This document shows, piece after piece, positions 45,454 to 55,664 of a DNA stretch of 64,000 nucleotides; positions within the stretch are counted from its first letter, which is position 1, and the number at the start of each line of letters is the position of its first letter. The notes under the pieces are model-generated. The model did no database searches, was not told the DNA's origin, and was given only the letters and a program-made list of their open reading frames with translations. The DNA is from Betaproteobacteria bacterium (GTDB lineage Bacteria; Pseudomonadota; Gammaproteobacteria; Burkholderiales; Eutrophovitaceae). Location of the stretch: NCBI GenBank assembly GCA_020346185.1, contig CP070775.1, positions 725,398 through 789,397 on the forward strand. The letters are read 5' to 3'. The position numbers were made by a program, and so were the translations under genes.

Positions 45454-46710
45454 ATGGATATTCAGTCTTACATGCACACAGTAGGTCGTGCGGCACGCGT
45501 TGCTGCGCGTGAACTCGCGCGCGCCGAGACCCGCGCCAAGAACCTGGCGCTGGAGACCATTGCTCATGCCATCGAGCGCAATGCCGCCACGTTACTGCAA
45601 GCCAATGACAGGGACCTGGAAGCCGCCAAGACCCGGGACCTGGAAGCCGCACTGGTTGAACGGCTGACGTTTAACGAAAGTCGCATTAGCTCCATGGCAG
45701 ACGGGTTACGCCAGATTGCGCAGTTGTCCGACCCGGTGGGTGAGATTAGCGACGTGCGATACCGCCCGACCGGCATTCAAGTGGGACACATGCGCGTGCC
45801 TCTAGGAGTGATCGGCATCATCTATGAGTCGCGCCCGAACGTCACGGCCGACGCGGCGGGATTGTGTTTGAAAGCCGGCAATGCTGCGATTCTTCGCGGC
45901 GGTTCCGAAGCGATTCACTCGAACAAGGCAATCGGCGCCTGCGTGCAAGAGGGACTGCGCACTGCAGGCCTGCCGGCGCATGCCGTGCAAGTAGTCGAGA
46001 CGACCGACCGGGCCGCGGTTGGTGAACTGATCACGTTGCGCGAGTACGTTGACATCATCGTACCGCGCGGTGGCAAGGGCCTTATCGAGCGGGTAAGCAA
46101 TGAAGCTCGCATACCAGTGCTGAAGCATTTGCATGGCGTGTGTCACGTCTACATAGACGATCGCGCTGACTCGGACAAAGCGGTGCGCATCGCTGACAAT
46201 GCCAAAACTCAGCGTTATGGCACCTGTAACACGATGGAAACGCTGCTGGTTCACAAGGACATCGCGGCAAAGATCCTGCCACCACTGGCAAAGATCTACG
46301 CCGACAAGGGCGTGGAATTGCGCGGCGACGCAGCGGCGAGCGCAATTGTGGCTGGCATGAAAGCAGCAACTGAGGAAGACTGGTACGAGGAGTATCTGGC
46401 GCCAACACTAGCAATTCGCGTGGTCGACGGAATCGATCAGGCGATGGATCACATCGCACAGTATGGCTCGCAACATACCGATACAATCGTGACCGAAGAC
46501 TGGAGCAGAGCGCGACGCTTTCTTCGGGAAGTCGATTCCAGTTCGGTCATGGTCAACGCTTCGACGCGATTTGCCGACGGCTACGAGTATGGCCTTGGGG
46601 CAGAGATTGGTATTGCAACCGACAAGCTGCATGCGCGTGGTCCAGTCGGCCTGGAAGGTCTGACGTCACTGAAGTGGATCGTATTGGGCGACGGCCATAT
46701 CCGGTCCTGA
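45454..46710 (+). CDS. proA: Gamma-glutamyl phosphate reductase
   Basis: Full-length ProA similarity ([36 protein letters not shown]). Confidence 0.95.
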   Translation: MDIQSYMHTVGRAARVAARELARAETRAKNLALETIAHAIERNAATLLQANDRDLEAAKTRDLEAALVERLTFNESRISSMADGLRQIAQLSDPVGEISDVRYRPTGIQVGHMRVPLGVIGIIYESRPNVTADAAGLCLKAGNAAILRGGSEAIHSNKAIGACVQEGLRTAGLPAHAVQVVETTDRAAVGELITLREYVDIIVPRGGKGLIERVSNEARIPVLKHLHGVCHVYIDDRADSDKAVRIADNAKTQRYGTCNTMETLLVHKDIAAKILPPLAKIYADKGVELRGDAAASAIVAGMKAATEEDWYEEYLAPTLAIRVVDGIDQAMDHIAQYGSQHTDTIVTEDWSRARRFLREVDSSSVMVNASTRFADGYEYGLGAEIGIATDKLHARGPVGLEGLTSLKWIVLGDGHIRS

Positions 46711-46914
46711 CACTCGATCGTTCCTGTTGGCTGCACAAATGAAGTAACAAGCGCCGCCGCAACGGGCGGCACCATTGCCTTTTATGCGCCGTGTCCACGA
46801 GGATTGACCGCAACCAACGAACTGCCGCTACACTGCTGAGCTGATAAGCATGTAACCTCGAGCGAACTTTGTGTCATTGATTTTTTGTTAACTAGCGCTA
46901 GAAGAAAACACGAT

Positions 46915-48735
46915 ATGCCACTGATTGAGGTGAAAGTCCCGGACATCGGCGATTTCAAAGACGTTCCTGTCATCGAAATCCTCGTCCAGCCGGGCGATCG
47001 CGTTGAGAAAGAAGATTCGCTGGTCACGCTCGAATCGGACAAAGCGACCATGGATGTGCCTTCACCGGAAGCCGGCACTGTCAAGGAGCTGAAAGTCAAA
47101 GTCGACGACACCGTCTCGGAGGGCAGTCTGGTCCTGACGATGGACGCCGCCGACGAGTCGGCTCTGCGCAAACCGGCATCCGAGGCAAAGGCTGCGCAAG
47201 CGGCCCCGGCGGCGACCGAAAAAGAGGCGGCTGCGGCTGCCGACCAGAGGCATGCCAAGCAGGAGCAAGCAACGCCACCACAGCCGGCTGCTGACGCGCC
47301 ATTGGCGGGCGCGGACAAAGGTGATATCCATGGCCAGGTCGTGGTGCTTGGCTCCGGACCAGGCGGATATACCGCTGCTTTCCGCGCCGCCGACCTCGGA
47401 TTAAACGTTGTACTGATCGAACGCTACGACGCACTCGGTGGCGTGTGTCTGAATGTTGGTTGCATTCCGTCCAAAGCCTTGCTCCACGCCGCGCGGGTCA
47501 TCTCCGAAGCAGAGGAGATGAGTGAGTTCGGCGTTGCGTTCTCCAAGCCAAAAATTGAAGTCGACAAACTGCGCAAGTGGAAGAACAGCGTCGTCGAGCG
47601 ACTGACGCGAGGGCTTGCTGGACTAGCCAAACAGCGCAAAGTCCAAGTTGTCAACGGCACTGGCAAATTTGTCTCCCCCCGAATGATCGAAGTTCACGCG
47701 CGTGATGGCATCAAGAGAGTTTCCTTCGACTCGGCAATCATAGCGGCCGGCTCCGAAGTGGCACGCATTCCTGATTTGCCTTATGACGATTCGCGCTTGA
47801 TGGATTCGACCGATGCGCTGAAACTCAACGAGCTACCCAAGAGCATGCTCGTCATCGGCGGCGGCATCATCGGTCTGGAGATGGCCACGGTGTACGACGC
47901 ACTCGGCACCAAGATATCAGTAGTGGAACTCGCCGACGGTCTGATCCCCGGCGCTGACCGCGATCTAATCCGGCCACTACAAAAGCGACTCGAAAAGCGC
48001 TACCAAGGTCTCTACGTCAAGACCAAAGTGGCTTCATTAACAGCACAGAAAAGTGGATTGAAGGCGACCTTTGAAGGTGACAACTCACCCGATCCGCAAG
48101 TTTACGATCGCGTATTGCTTGCCGCGGGTCGGCGGCCGAACGGCAAACAAATCGGTGCCGAGTTCGCCGGTGTCAACGTCGATGACCGCGGTTTTATCCC
48201 GGTTGATAAACAGATGCGTACCAACGTTGCAAACATCTACGCCATTGGCGACGTCGTCGGCGAGCCGATGCTGGCGCACAAGGCAACCCATGAGGGCAAG
48301 CTCGCCGCAGAAGTGATCGCCGGCCACAAAGCGGCCTTCGACGCGCGCACGATTCCCTCCGTCGCATATACCGATCCGGAAATTGCCTGGATGGGTCTGA
48401 CTGAAACTCAGGCAAAGGCACAGGGAATTGCCGTCGAGAAAGCGACGTTTCCATGGGCGGCGAGCGGGCGCGCGCTGGCGACCGCGCGAGACGAGGGCAT
48501 GACCAAATTACTCTTCGACAAAGACACCAAGCGCCTGCTCGGTGCCGGCATAGTCGGACCCAATGCCGGTGAACTGATCGCCGAGACGGTACTGGCGCTC
48601 GAGATGGACGCCGACGCTGAGGACATCGGACTGACCATACATCCGCACCCGACGCTGTCTGAAACGGTCTTCTTCGCGGCAGAAATTGCAGAGGGATCGA
48701 TTACTGATCTATACATGCCAAAGAAAAAGCGCTGA
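46915..48735 (+). CDS. lpdA: Dihydrolipoyl dehydrogenase (E3) with an N-terminal lipoyl domain and Ala/Pro linker
   Basis: Lipoyl domain MPLIEVKVPDIGDF...LESDKATMDVPS, then GSGPGGY FAD motif, the redox disulfide GGVCLNVGCIPSK and C-terminal HAHPTLSE. Start at ATG 46915. Confidence 0.9.
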   Translation: MPLIEVKVPDIGDFKDVPVIEILVQPGDRVEKEDSLVTLESDKATMDVPSPEAGTVKELKVKVDDTVSEGSLVLTMDAADESALRKPASEAKAAQAAPAATEKEAAAAADQRHAKQEQATPPQPAADAPLAGADKGDIHGQVVVLGSGPGGYTAAFRAADLGLNVVLIERYDALGGVCLNVGCIPSKALLHAARVISEAEEMSEFGVAFSKPKIEVDKLRKWKNSVVERLTRGLAGLAKQRKVQVVNGTGKFVSPRMIEVHARDGIKRVSFDSAIIAAGSEVARIPDLPYDDSRLMDSTDALKLNELPKSMLVIGGGIIGLEMATVYDALGTKISVVELADGLIPGADRDLIRPLQKRLEKRYQGLYVKTKVASLTAQKSGLKATFEGDNSPDPQVYDRVLLAAGRRPNGKQIGAEFAGVNVDDRGFIPVDKQMRTNVANIYAIGDVVGEPMLAHKATHEGKLAAEVIAGHKAAFDARTIPSVAYTDPEIAWMGLTETQAKAQGIAVEKATFPWAASGRALATARDEGMTKLLFDKDTKRLLGAGIVGPNAGELIAETVLALEMDADAEDIGLTIHPHPTLSETVFFAAEIAEGSITDLYMPKKKR

Positions 48736-48879
48736 CAGGTTGTCGAAGAAGCTGCTGCGTGACCCGATTGCGATGTCGCGTGCTCGTTCAGTCCTCGCCT
48801 ATCTATCTGATATGTCTCGTCCCTCGCTCCGCGGCTCCTCGCATTCGGGTCACTCGTTGCGCTTTTTTTGGCAACCTGT
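48735..48879 (+). repeat. Family-2 palindromic MITE/REP-like element (about 145 bp) starting in the lpd stop codon
   Basis: Terminal inverted repeats ACAGGTTGTC...GCAACCTGT. Internal arms ctgcgtgacccgattgcg / cgcattcgggtcactcgttgcg pair. About 75-80 percent identical by eye to the reverse complement of 60538-60681. Confidence 0.75.
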
Positions 48880-48976
48880 TGGGTCGCAATGCCGCAGCGA
48901 GGGCGTGCATTCTTTATTCAAGGGCGGCATCGAAAAAGGTTGTTTCGTTTTGAACTGTTGCTATGGCGTCATTTAG

Positions 48977-49831
48977 TTGCCCATGATGATTCTTTCCGCA
49001 CCGAAGGGATTCGCCGCGTCATACAGCGCGCCGGAAAGAGTAGATGAGCCAGCGCTGTGGTTCATCTACCTTGGCAACCAGATTCTCGTTGCACGCAACG
49101 ATCATGGCGCGCAGGTTCCTGCTGTGCGTGATCCCCGCCAGTTGGGCCTGACAACGTTGCGCGAGCAATACCTCGGCAAGCTGGGCGGTCAACACTGTTT
49201 CGCCGCGGAAGTCGAAGACTCGACCCCGCCCCCGCAAAGTATGGAATGGTCGGGTTTGCGCGCCGCGTATGGTGCACTCGACGACACACTGTTTGCACTG
49301 GCGGGACGGGCGTTTCAGATCGTTGACTGGGACCGGTCTCACCAATTCTGCGGGGGCTGCGGAACCCGCACCGTGCTGAAGGAAGGCGAACGCTCTCGCG
49401 TGTGCCCCTGCTGCGCACAATTACATTATCCGCGCATCGCGCCGGCGGTGATGGTTTTGGTACGCCGCGGGCCGGCGTTCCTGCTGGCGCGATCACCACA
49501 CTTTCCACCGGGTATGTATTCGGCGCTGGCCGGTTTTACGGAGCCTGGAGAGACGCTGGAACAGACAATCGTTCGCGAGGTGCGCGAAGAGGTTGGGCTC
49601 GAAGTCAAGAACATCCGCTATTTCGCCAGCCAGCCGTGGCCCTTTCCCCACTCCTTGATGATCGCGTTTCACGCCGACCATGCGGGCGGTGAGATTACAC
49701 CCGATCCCAGTGAAATAGAGGCGGCGGACTGGTTCAGCCTCGAGCAATTACCCGAGAGATTGCCCGGCACAATCAGCATTTCACGGCGGCTCATCGAAGA
49801 CGCTCTCGACGAGCTGAGAAGCGCGAAGTAA
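48977..49831 (+). CDS. nudC: NAD+ diphosphatase (NADH pyrophosphatase), Nudix family
   Basis: Zinc ribbon CGGCGTRTVLKEGERSRVCPCC and Nudix box GFTEPGETLEQTIVREVREEVGL. The start could be TTG 48977 or ATG 48983. Confidence 0.85.
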   Translation: MPMMILSAPKGFAASYSAPERVDEPALWFIYLGNQILVARNDHGAQVPAVRDPRQLGLTTLREQYLGKLGGQHCFAAEVEDSTPPPQSMEWSGLRAAYGALDDTLFALAGRAFQIVDWDRSHQFCGGCGTRTVLKEGERSRVCPCCAQLHYPRIAPAVMVLVRRGPAFLLARSPHFPPGMYSALAGFTEPGETLEQTIVREVREEVGLEVKNIRYFASQPWPFPHSLMIAFHADHAGGEITPDPSEIEAADWFSLEQLPERLPGTISISRRLIEDALDELRSAK

Positions 49832-49840
49832 GGACAAGCG

Positions 49841-50461
49841 ATGCTGAAAATATGGGGACGCAGCAATTCGGTCAACGTCGAAAAGGTTCTGTGGACTTGC
49901 GAAGAGCTTTGTATTCCCTATGAGCGGGTCGATGCCGGTGGGCAGTTCGGCATCGTCAATACGCCGCAGTATCGCGCGCTGAACCCGAACGGCCTCGTGC
50001 CCACGGTCGAAGTCGATGGTCTCGTGTTGTGGGAATCCAATTCGGTGGTTCGATATCTCACTGCCAGGGACAGCGCCGGTGAACTTTGGCCGCAAGACCC
50101 TGCGGAGCGTGCGGTTGCCGATCGCTGGATGGACTGGATGAACACGGTGTACTGGCCTGCGTTCAAGGACCTGTTCTGGAACCTGGTACGAACACCCCTC
50201 GAACGGCGCGATCAAGCCGCGATCGAACACTCACATGCACGAAGTTCTGAAGTTCTCGGTTATCTCGACGCACACCTATCGGATAGCGATTACATTGCCG
50301 GAAACCAACTCACCATGGGCGACATTCCGATGGGCTGTGCGGTATGGCGGTGGATGTCGCTACCGATCGAGCGTCCGCAATACGCCGCACTGAAGAGCTG
50401 GTTCAACAGGTTGTGCCAGCGGCCCTGCTATCAAAAGACTGTTATGAAACCGCTGACTTGA
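49841..50461 (+). CDS. Glutathione S-transferase
   Basis: N-terminal thioredoxin-like GST fold (SNSVNVEKVLW..., LVPTVEVDGLVLWESNSVVRYL) and a helical C-terminal domain. Confidence 0.85.
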   Translation: MLKIWGRSNSVNVEKVLWTCEELCIPYERVDAGGQFGIVNTPQYRALNPNGLVPTVEVDGLVLWESNSVVRYLTARDSAGELWPQDPAERAVADRWMDWMNTVYWPAFKDLFWNLVRTPLERRDQAAIEHSHARSSEVLGYLDAHLSDSDYIAGNQLTMGDIPMGCAVWRWMSLPIERPQYAALKSWFNRLCQRPCYQKTVMKPLT

Positions 50462-50560
50462 GACCGGACGCACGGGAACCTGCGTGGTCAGGCACCATCC
50501 AAGTAGGCCAATACCAAACAACAACATTCTCAATACAGCAAACCACGGGAGATCAATCCA

Positions 50561-51433
50561 ATGAAGCTTGCTTCGCGCTTGTGCTGCACTGTGCTGGCAG
50601 CCGCTTTGCTCGCTGCCTCCAACGCCAATGCAGCAACGATTGTGATCGGACACGTCAATTTGTCCTTCTATGAGGCCACCGCCGCCTTGTTCAAGCATGC
50701 TCTGGAACGCTCCGGCTACAACGTCGTGTTGAAGAAGGGGCCGCATAGCGTCATGTATCCACTACTCGCCGACGGTGAATTCGATTTATTTGTTGCGGCG
50801 TGGCTGCCGAACACACATCAGCAGTACTGGGAGGAGTACGGAGAGAACCTGTCTCTTGTCACACCTTTGTACTCAGACGCGAAGTTGTTCTGGGCGGTGC
50901 CCGATTACGTTCCGGCCTCCGCCGTCAAGAGCGTTGCCGATCTGGCAAAGTCCGAAGTAGCAGCGAAGATGCACAAGACCATTCGCGGCCCGGGAGCAGA
51001 TTCCGGTCTGATGATGCGCTCAAAAACACTAGTGGAGGAGTACGCGCTGTCTCAGGCAGGCTACGAGCTTGCCCCCGGTAAGGCGCAGGACTGGATTGCA
51101 TACTTCAATCAGAACATCGAAGCGCAGAATTGGTTTGTCATGCCATTGTGGCAACCGCAGTACCTGAACAAGGTGGCGAAGTTGCGCATTCTCGAGGAAC
51201 CCCGGAATATTCTCGGCGAAGCGGACACTGCCTGGCTGGTTGCTCACAAATCAGCGAAGCGGAAGATTGCAACGCACATCTACGAGATCCTAGAACGGAT
51301 GGAGTTGACTGTGAAATGGGCCACCGAACTCGACTATATGATCAGCGTCGAGAAACTGCCTCCGGACGTTGCTGCCCATGTATGGATGTCACGGCATCCG
51401 TATACCGTGGAATACTGGATCGACGCGGAATAG
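50561..51433 (+). CDS. Glycine-betaine/osmoprotectant-type ABC substrate-binding protein (OpuAC-like), orphan
   Basis: Signal peptide and the GEFDLFVAAWLPNTH...LFWAVPDYVP pattern of OpuAC-family binding proteins. No permease or ATPase gene is adjacent. Confidence 0.7.
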   Translation: MKLASRLCCTVLAAALLAASNANAATIVIGHVNLSFYEATAALFKHALERSGYNVVLKKGPHSVMYPLLADGEFDLFVAAWLPNTHQQYWEEYGENLSLVTPLYSDAKLFWAVPDYVPASAVKSVADLAKSEVAAKMHKTIRGPGADSGLMMRSKTLVEEYALSQAGYELAPGKAQDWIAYFNQNIEAQNWFVMPLWQPQYLNKVAKLRILEEPRNILGEADTAWLVAHKSAKRKIATHIYEILERMELTVKWATELDYMISVEKLPPDVAAHVWMSRHPYTVEYWIDAE

Positions 51434-51435
51434 CA

Positions 51436-51538
51436 TCTAAAAAGCTACTGCGCGACTCGATTGCTGCGTTGTGCGCACGATTCTTTCAAAGCAGGCGGCT
51501 GCTTGCACTCGGGCCGCTCGCTCCATTTTGTCCAAGAT
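51436..51538 (+). repeat. Family-2 repeat, short (internally deleted) copy directly after the SBP stop codon
   Basis: aaaaagctactgcgcgactcgattgctgcg...cttgcactcgggccgctcg aligns with both ends of the 60538-60681 copy (reverse complement). Confidence 0.6.
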
Positions 51539-51560
51539 CCTCTACATCGGTATTGACAAC

Positions 51561-51845
51561 ATGACCTCCCCGCTCGACACAACGAAAGTGGAAGCTGACT
51601 GGCGCTCACGAGGCTTCAGTTGCGAAGTGTGGACCGACTCGCCCGGGCAAGTATGGGCTGACTTCATCCATGATGTCGATGAAGTGGTCATGGTCATCGA
51701 CGGGGATGTCGAATTCGAGTTCAGCGGCGAGACCTACCGTCCCAAGCCAGGCGAGGAATTGATGATCCCGGCACATGCCTCGCACACCGTTCGTAATATC
51801 GGCCAAACAACAAGTCATTGGTTGTTCGGTTACCGACACCGATAG
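51561..51845 (+). CDS. Cupin-domain protein
   Basis: The small beta-barrel motifs HDVDEVVMVIDGDVEFEF and GEELMIPAHASHTVRN. Start at ATG 51561; the track start 51471 lies in the repeat. Confidence 0.7.
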   Translation: MTSPLDTTKVEADWRSRGFSCEVWTDSPGQVWADFIHDVDEVVMVIDGDVEFEFSGETYRPKPGEELMIPAHASHTVRNIGQTTSHWLFGYRHR

Positions 51846-51883
51846 CGAAGCAACCGGCCAGGCCATTTCCAGCGAGCTAAGAA

Positions 51884-52456
51884 TCAGTCCGCCTGTTTTT
51901 TCGGGCCGGTGTAGTACTCGGGATGCCGTTTCAGGACGACGATGCTATTCGAGGCATACGCGTGGCATGAGCCGATGAGTGCCGGTTTTTCCCTTCGGCC
52001 CTCCCGCTTGTCGCGCTCGACCCGGTCGCCATGGATCGTCTGAAAGGCAGTCGTCGCAATCGGTCCCAGCAGTTCTAGCAAATGTGTGCAACCCTCGGTG
52101 CCGCCCAGCAACTCACGCGTCTTCTGGTTCCAACCGCGCTGTATCGTCAATCCTTTGAGACGCTTGAAGTTCGGTGTGATGTCACCGCAAATTGTATATG
52201 GCCCCCACACGTTTCTCGCTTCGACGTCGATCACGTTGAAATCAATATCGACTGTGAGCCTGATCCACATTTCGTGAATTGGCTCACCGGGCGCAACATG
52301 ACCACGATCCATGTTATGGAAATCCAGACTCTTGACATCGATGAGCGTGCCTTCGATGTCGTACAGACCATCCTGGCGCCGGTACCCCTGGCACTGCACT
52401 TTGCGGCTGTGCAGCGGCTCGCGCGGGGCTGGGGTTGGCAACGGACTCTCGCTCAC
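51884..52456 (-). CDS. DUF2889-family protein
   Basis: The [23 protein letters not shown] block and overall length match DUF2889 as I recall it. Confidence 0.65.
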   Translation of the reverse strand: MSESPLPTPAPREPLHSRKVQCQGYRRQDGLYDIEGTLIDVKSLDFHNMDRGHVAPGEPIHEMWIRLTVDIDFNVIDVEARNVWGPYTICGDITPNFKRLKGLTIQRGWNQKTRELLGGTEGCTHLLELLGPIATTAFQTIHGDRVERDKREGRREKPALIGSCHAYASNSIVVLKRHPEYYTGPKKQAD

Positions 52457-52638
52457 GCTGCCGCCTTTCTGCGTTCTTCGAGCTGGTTCAACACTTGTCG
52501 CTTATCCTCGTTCGTCATTTCGAGCCAGCCGGCAATTTCATCAATCGTGCGCATGCAGCCAACGCAGTAACCCGTCTCCGGGTTAATCTGGCAAATGTTC
52601 ACGCATGGGGATACGGCTTGCTCTGTCATTCGTTCCAT
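52453..52638 (-). CDS. DUF1289-family small Cys-rich protein
   Basis: [29 protein letters not shown] matches the DUF1289 CxxxC...CxxC core. There is a 4-nt overlap with the downstream DUF2889 gene. Confidence 0.7.
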   Translation of the reverse strand: MERMTEQAVSPCVNICQINPETGYCVGCMRTIDEIAGWLEMTNEDKRQVLNQLEERRKAAA

Positions 52639-52714
52639 AACGTCGTTTACTTCAATTGCATCCGAAGCGCAGGCAGCTCCAGTGCCGGTTAACGAGTGAA
52701 GCTACGTCACTGGT

Positions 52715-53629
52715 TCAAGCTGCTTTGCGGCGCTTCAGCGACAAAGCGAGTCCTGCGCGCGACACCGTCGGGCGATCAAGATACATACAAATGAATTCAG
52801 CAGCATCGAGCAGAGTATCCATATCGACGCCAGTTTCGATGCCCATTCCATCGAGCATATAAAGCACATCCTCGCTAGCGACATTCCCAGTTGCGCCCGG
52901 TGAGTACGGGCAGCCCCCCAGTCCGGCAACCGAACTGTCGAATGTCGCCATACCCATTTCCATCGAGGCCAGGATATTGGCGATCGCCTGGCCATAGGTA
53001 TCGTGAAAATGCCCGCCGAGTTTTTCGACCGGCACATGTGCGCACACCGCCTCGATCATCTTCTGTGTTTTCGCCGGCGTTCCCATACCAACCGTGTCAC
53101 CAAGCGATATTTCGTAACAACCCATGTCCCACAGGTGCCTCGCCACGTCCGCAACCTGGTCGGGCTTGACGTCCCCTTCGTAAGGACATCCAAGAACGAC
53201 CGAGATATAGCCGCGCACGCGCAAACCGGCATCGATCGCCGTCCGACATACGCTTTCCTGGCGACGCAGGGACTCGGCGATTGAGCAATTGGTGTTCTTT
53301 TGTGAGAACGTTTCAGTGGCCGCCGCAAAACCGGCGACCTCGGTCACACCAGCGGCAATCGCCGCTTCCAGACCTTTCATATTCGGCACCAGCACCGGAT
53401 ACGACACTCCGTCGCGGCGCTTGATCCGGCTCATCACCTCAGCGGTGTCGGCCATTTGCGGCACCCACTTGGGAGAAACAAAACTGCCTGCTTCGACAAC
53501 GGGCAAACCCGCTGCAGCAAGCCGGTCGATCAGTTCGACCTTGATTTCGGTGGGCACTGTCTTCTTCTCATTCTGCAAACCGTCACGGGGTCCCACTTCG
53601 ACTATCTTGACGCGATCGGGATATTTCAT
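52715..53629 (-). CDS. liuE: Hydroxymethylglutaryl-CoA lyase
   Basis: VKIVEVGPRDGLQNE, the HFHDTYGQAIAN metal site and GLGGCPYSPGATGNV. Confidence 0.9.
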   Translation of the reverse strand: MKYPDRVKIVEVGPRDGLQNEKKTVPTEIKVELIDRLAAAGLPVVEAGSFVSPKWVPQMADTAEVMSRIKRRDGVSYPVLVPNMKGLEAAIAAGVTEVAGFAAATETFSQKNTNCSIAESLRRQESVCRTAIDAGLRVRGYISVVLGCPYEGDVKPDQVADVARHLWDMGCYEISLGDTVGMGTPAKTQKMIEAVCAHVPVEKLGGHFHDTYGQAIANILASMEMGMATFDSSVAGLGGCPYSPGATGNVASEDVLYMLDGMGIETGVDMDTLLDAAEFICMYLDRPTVSRAGLALSLKRRKAA

Positions 53630-55635
53630 GTCTCCTCCTCCATTGCCAACAATTGCGCGCCTTCGGCAACCTGCTCACCGGCAGAATAGTAAATCTGCGC
53701 GACTCGGCCGCGATGCGGTGCCGCGATGGTGTGTTCCATTTTCATCGCCTCAACAATCATCAATGCCTGCCCCTTGTCGACCGTCTGTCCCTCTTCGACC
53801 AGCACCTGAGCCACGCTGCCCGGGAGCGGCGACACCAGTAGTCCGCCCGGCTCTTCGTCTTCGACACTGGCAAGTCGCTGCCGTTCGAGGCGATGACACG
53901 CGCCAAACGCAAATACCGTCAGGGCGTCGGCCTCAAGCACGACGGTTGCGGTAACGCGTCCCCCGTCGATGTCTGCGACTATGTAATTGTCGCCCTCGCC
54001 CTCTCCCCGCACGCGCATCTCACCGCCCGGCAACACAAGTAGAAACCCGCCCGCTCGATAGTGCGCGGTAACAGTAACCCGGCGACCATCGTCGATAAAC
54101 CCGAACGTATGGTGGTTGTCCTCGTTAAGCCTCCAACCATCACTGAGATGCCAGGGCGAGTACGGATCGGTGCTGGCGCTGGCAAGATTTCTGGCTCGTT
54201 CACGCTCGCGCAACAGCTCGGAAAGTACCGCCAGGGCCAGCACCGTGTTGGAGGCAGGTTGCGCCTCAGGAAACAAATCGGCGCCATGACGTTCGATTAG
54301 CCCGGTATCGAGCAACGACGGCTCCGCGTCGGCACCCTCGAAAGCAGTCATTGAGGTCAGGTTAAGCAAGAACGCGATGTTGTTTTTCACGCCAGCCAGT
54401 TGGTATTGCGCAAGCGCGCTACGCAGCCTGCGCAATGCCGAGGCACGATCGACGTCCCAGGCGATCACTTTGGCGATCATCGGGTCATAATTGATACCGA
54501 TTTGGTCGCCGGCGCGCACCCCGGTATCGATGCGAACATGCGCAGATTCGCGCGGTTGGTGCAGGTGACTAATGATGCCCGCAGCCGGAAGAAAACCGTT
54601 CCCTGGGTCCTCAGCGTAGACACGCGCTTCAAAAGCGTGGCCGTGATGTTCCAGCGCCGGCTGCATGAGCGGCAGGCTCTGCCCCCCCGCCACGCAGAGT
54701 TGCCATTCGACAAGATCCACGCCGGTAATCATTTCGGTGACCGGGTGCTCGACCTGCAAGCGGGTGTTCATTTCCATGAAGTAGAAGTGGCCGCTCGCAT
54801 CGACGATGAACTCAACTGTGCCGGCCCCGACATAGCCGACCGCTTGCGCCGCCTTGAGCGCCACCTTGCCCATTTCCTGACGGCGCGCTTCAGCGATACC
54901 GGGTGCCGGTGCCTCCTCGATGACTTTCTGATGGCGCCGCTGCAACGAACAATCGCGCTCGAACAAGTGGACAGCATTACCGTTGTTATCGGCAAACACC
55001 TGGATCTCGATATGGCGCGGCCGCACCAGGTACTTTTCGATCAGCACGCGATCGTCGCCGAAACTTGACTTCGCTTCGCGTCTGGCGCCGTAAAGCGATT
55101 CGCGGAATGCCTTGCGCTGCTCGACTATGCGCATTCCCTTGCCGCCACCACCGGCAACCGCTTTGATCAGCACCGGATAGCCGATGCGGTCAGCTTCAAG
55201 CTCAAGCAGCGCATCGTCCTGATTATCGCCGTGATAACCAGGCACCAGCGGCACGCCGGCTTGTTCCATCAGCGTCTTTGCCGCGCTTTTCGAACCCATC
55301 GCCTCGATCGCTGACGCCGGTGGCCCAACAAATACGATGCCTGCTTCATGGCATGCGCGGGAAAATGCGGCATTCTCTGAGAGAAAACCATAACCAGGAT
55401 GGATCGCTTGCGCACCGGTTTTGCGGGCGACCTGAATAATGCGCTCGCCGTGCAAGTAAGAGTCGCGCGCCGCTGCGCCACCAATCAGATAGGCTTCGTC
55501 ACAGACTTCAGTATGCATGGCGCCGGCGTCGGCTTCGGAATAAACAGCCACGGTACGGATACCGAGACGCCGAGCGGTGCGGGCAACGCGCACTGCAATC
55601 TCACCACGATTTGCAATCAGGATCTTTTCAAACAT
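53626..55635 (-). CDS. Methylcrotonyl-CoA (or geranyl-CoA) carboxylase alpha subunit: biotin carboxylase plus BCCP
   Basis: KILIANRGEIAVRV, an ATP-grasp domain and the C-terminal biotinylation motif EAMKMEH. There is a 4-nt overlap with the lyase gene. Confidence 0.9.
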   Translation of the reverse strand: MFEKILIANRGEIAVRVARTARRLGIRTVAVYSEADAGAMHTEVCDEAYLIGGAAARDSYLHGERIIQVARKTGAQAIHPGYGFLSENAAFSRACHEAGIVFVGPPASAIEAMGSKSAAKTLMEQAGVPLVPGYHGDNQDDALLELEADRIGYPVLIKAVAGGGGKGMRIVEQRKAFRESLYGARREAKSSFGDDRVLIEKYLVRPRHIEIQVFADNNGNAVHLFERDCSLQRRHQKVIEEAPAPGIAEARRQEMGKVALKAAQAVGYVGAGTVEFIVDASGHFYFMEMNTRLQVEHPVTEMITGVDLVEWQLCVAGGQSLPLMQPALEHHGHAFEARVYAEDPGNGFLPAAGIISHLHQPRESAHVRIDTGVRAGDQIGINYDPMIAKVIAWDVDRASALRRLRSALAQYQLAGVKNNIAFLLNLTSMTAFEGADAEPSLLDTGLIERHGADLFPEAQPASNTVLALAVLSELLRERERARNLASASTDPYSPWHLSDGWRLNEDNHHTFGFIDDGRRVTVTAHYRAGGFLLVLPGGEMRVRGEGEGDNYIVADIDGGRVTATVVLEADALTVFAFGACHRLERQRLASVEDEEPGGLLVSPLPGSVAQVLVEEGQTVDKGQALMIVEAMKMEHTIAAPHRGRVAQIYYSAGEQVAEGAQLLAMEEET

Positions 55636-55664
55636 ATCGGTGACCTGGTCCTGAAATAGATGAT

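Noticed and set aside
46782-47318. 178-aa Ala/Ser-rich minus-strand ORF opposite the lpd lipoyl domain and linker
   Set aside because: Antisense shadow of the Ala/Pro-rich linker region of a well-supported gene.
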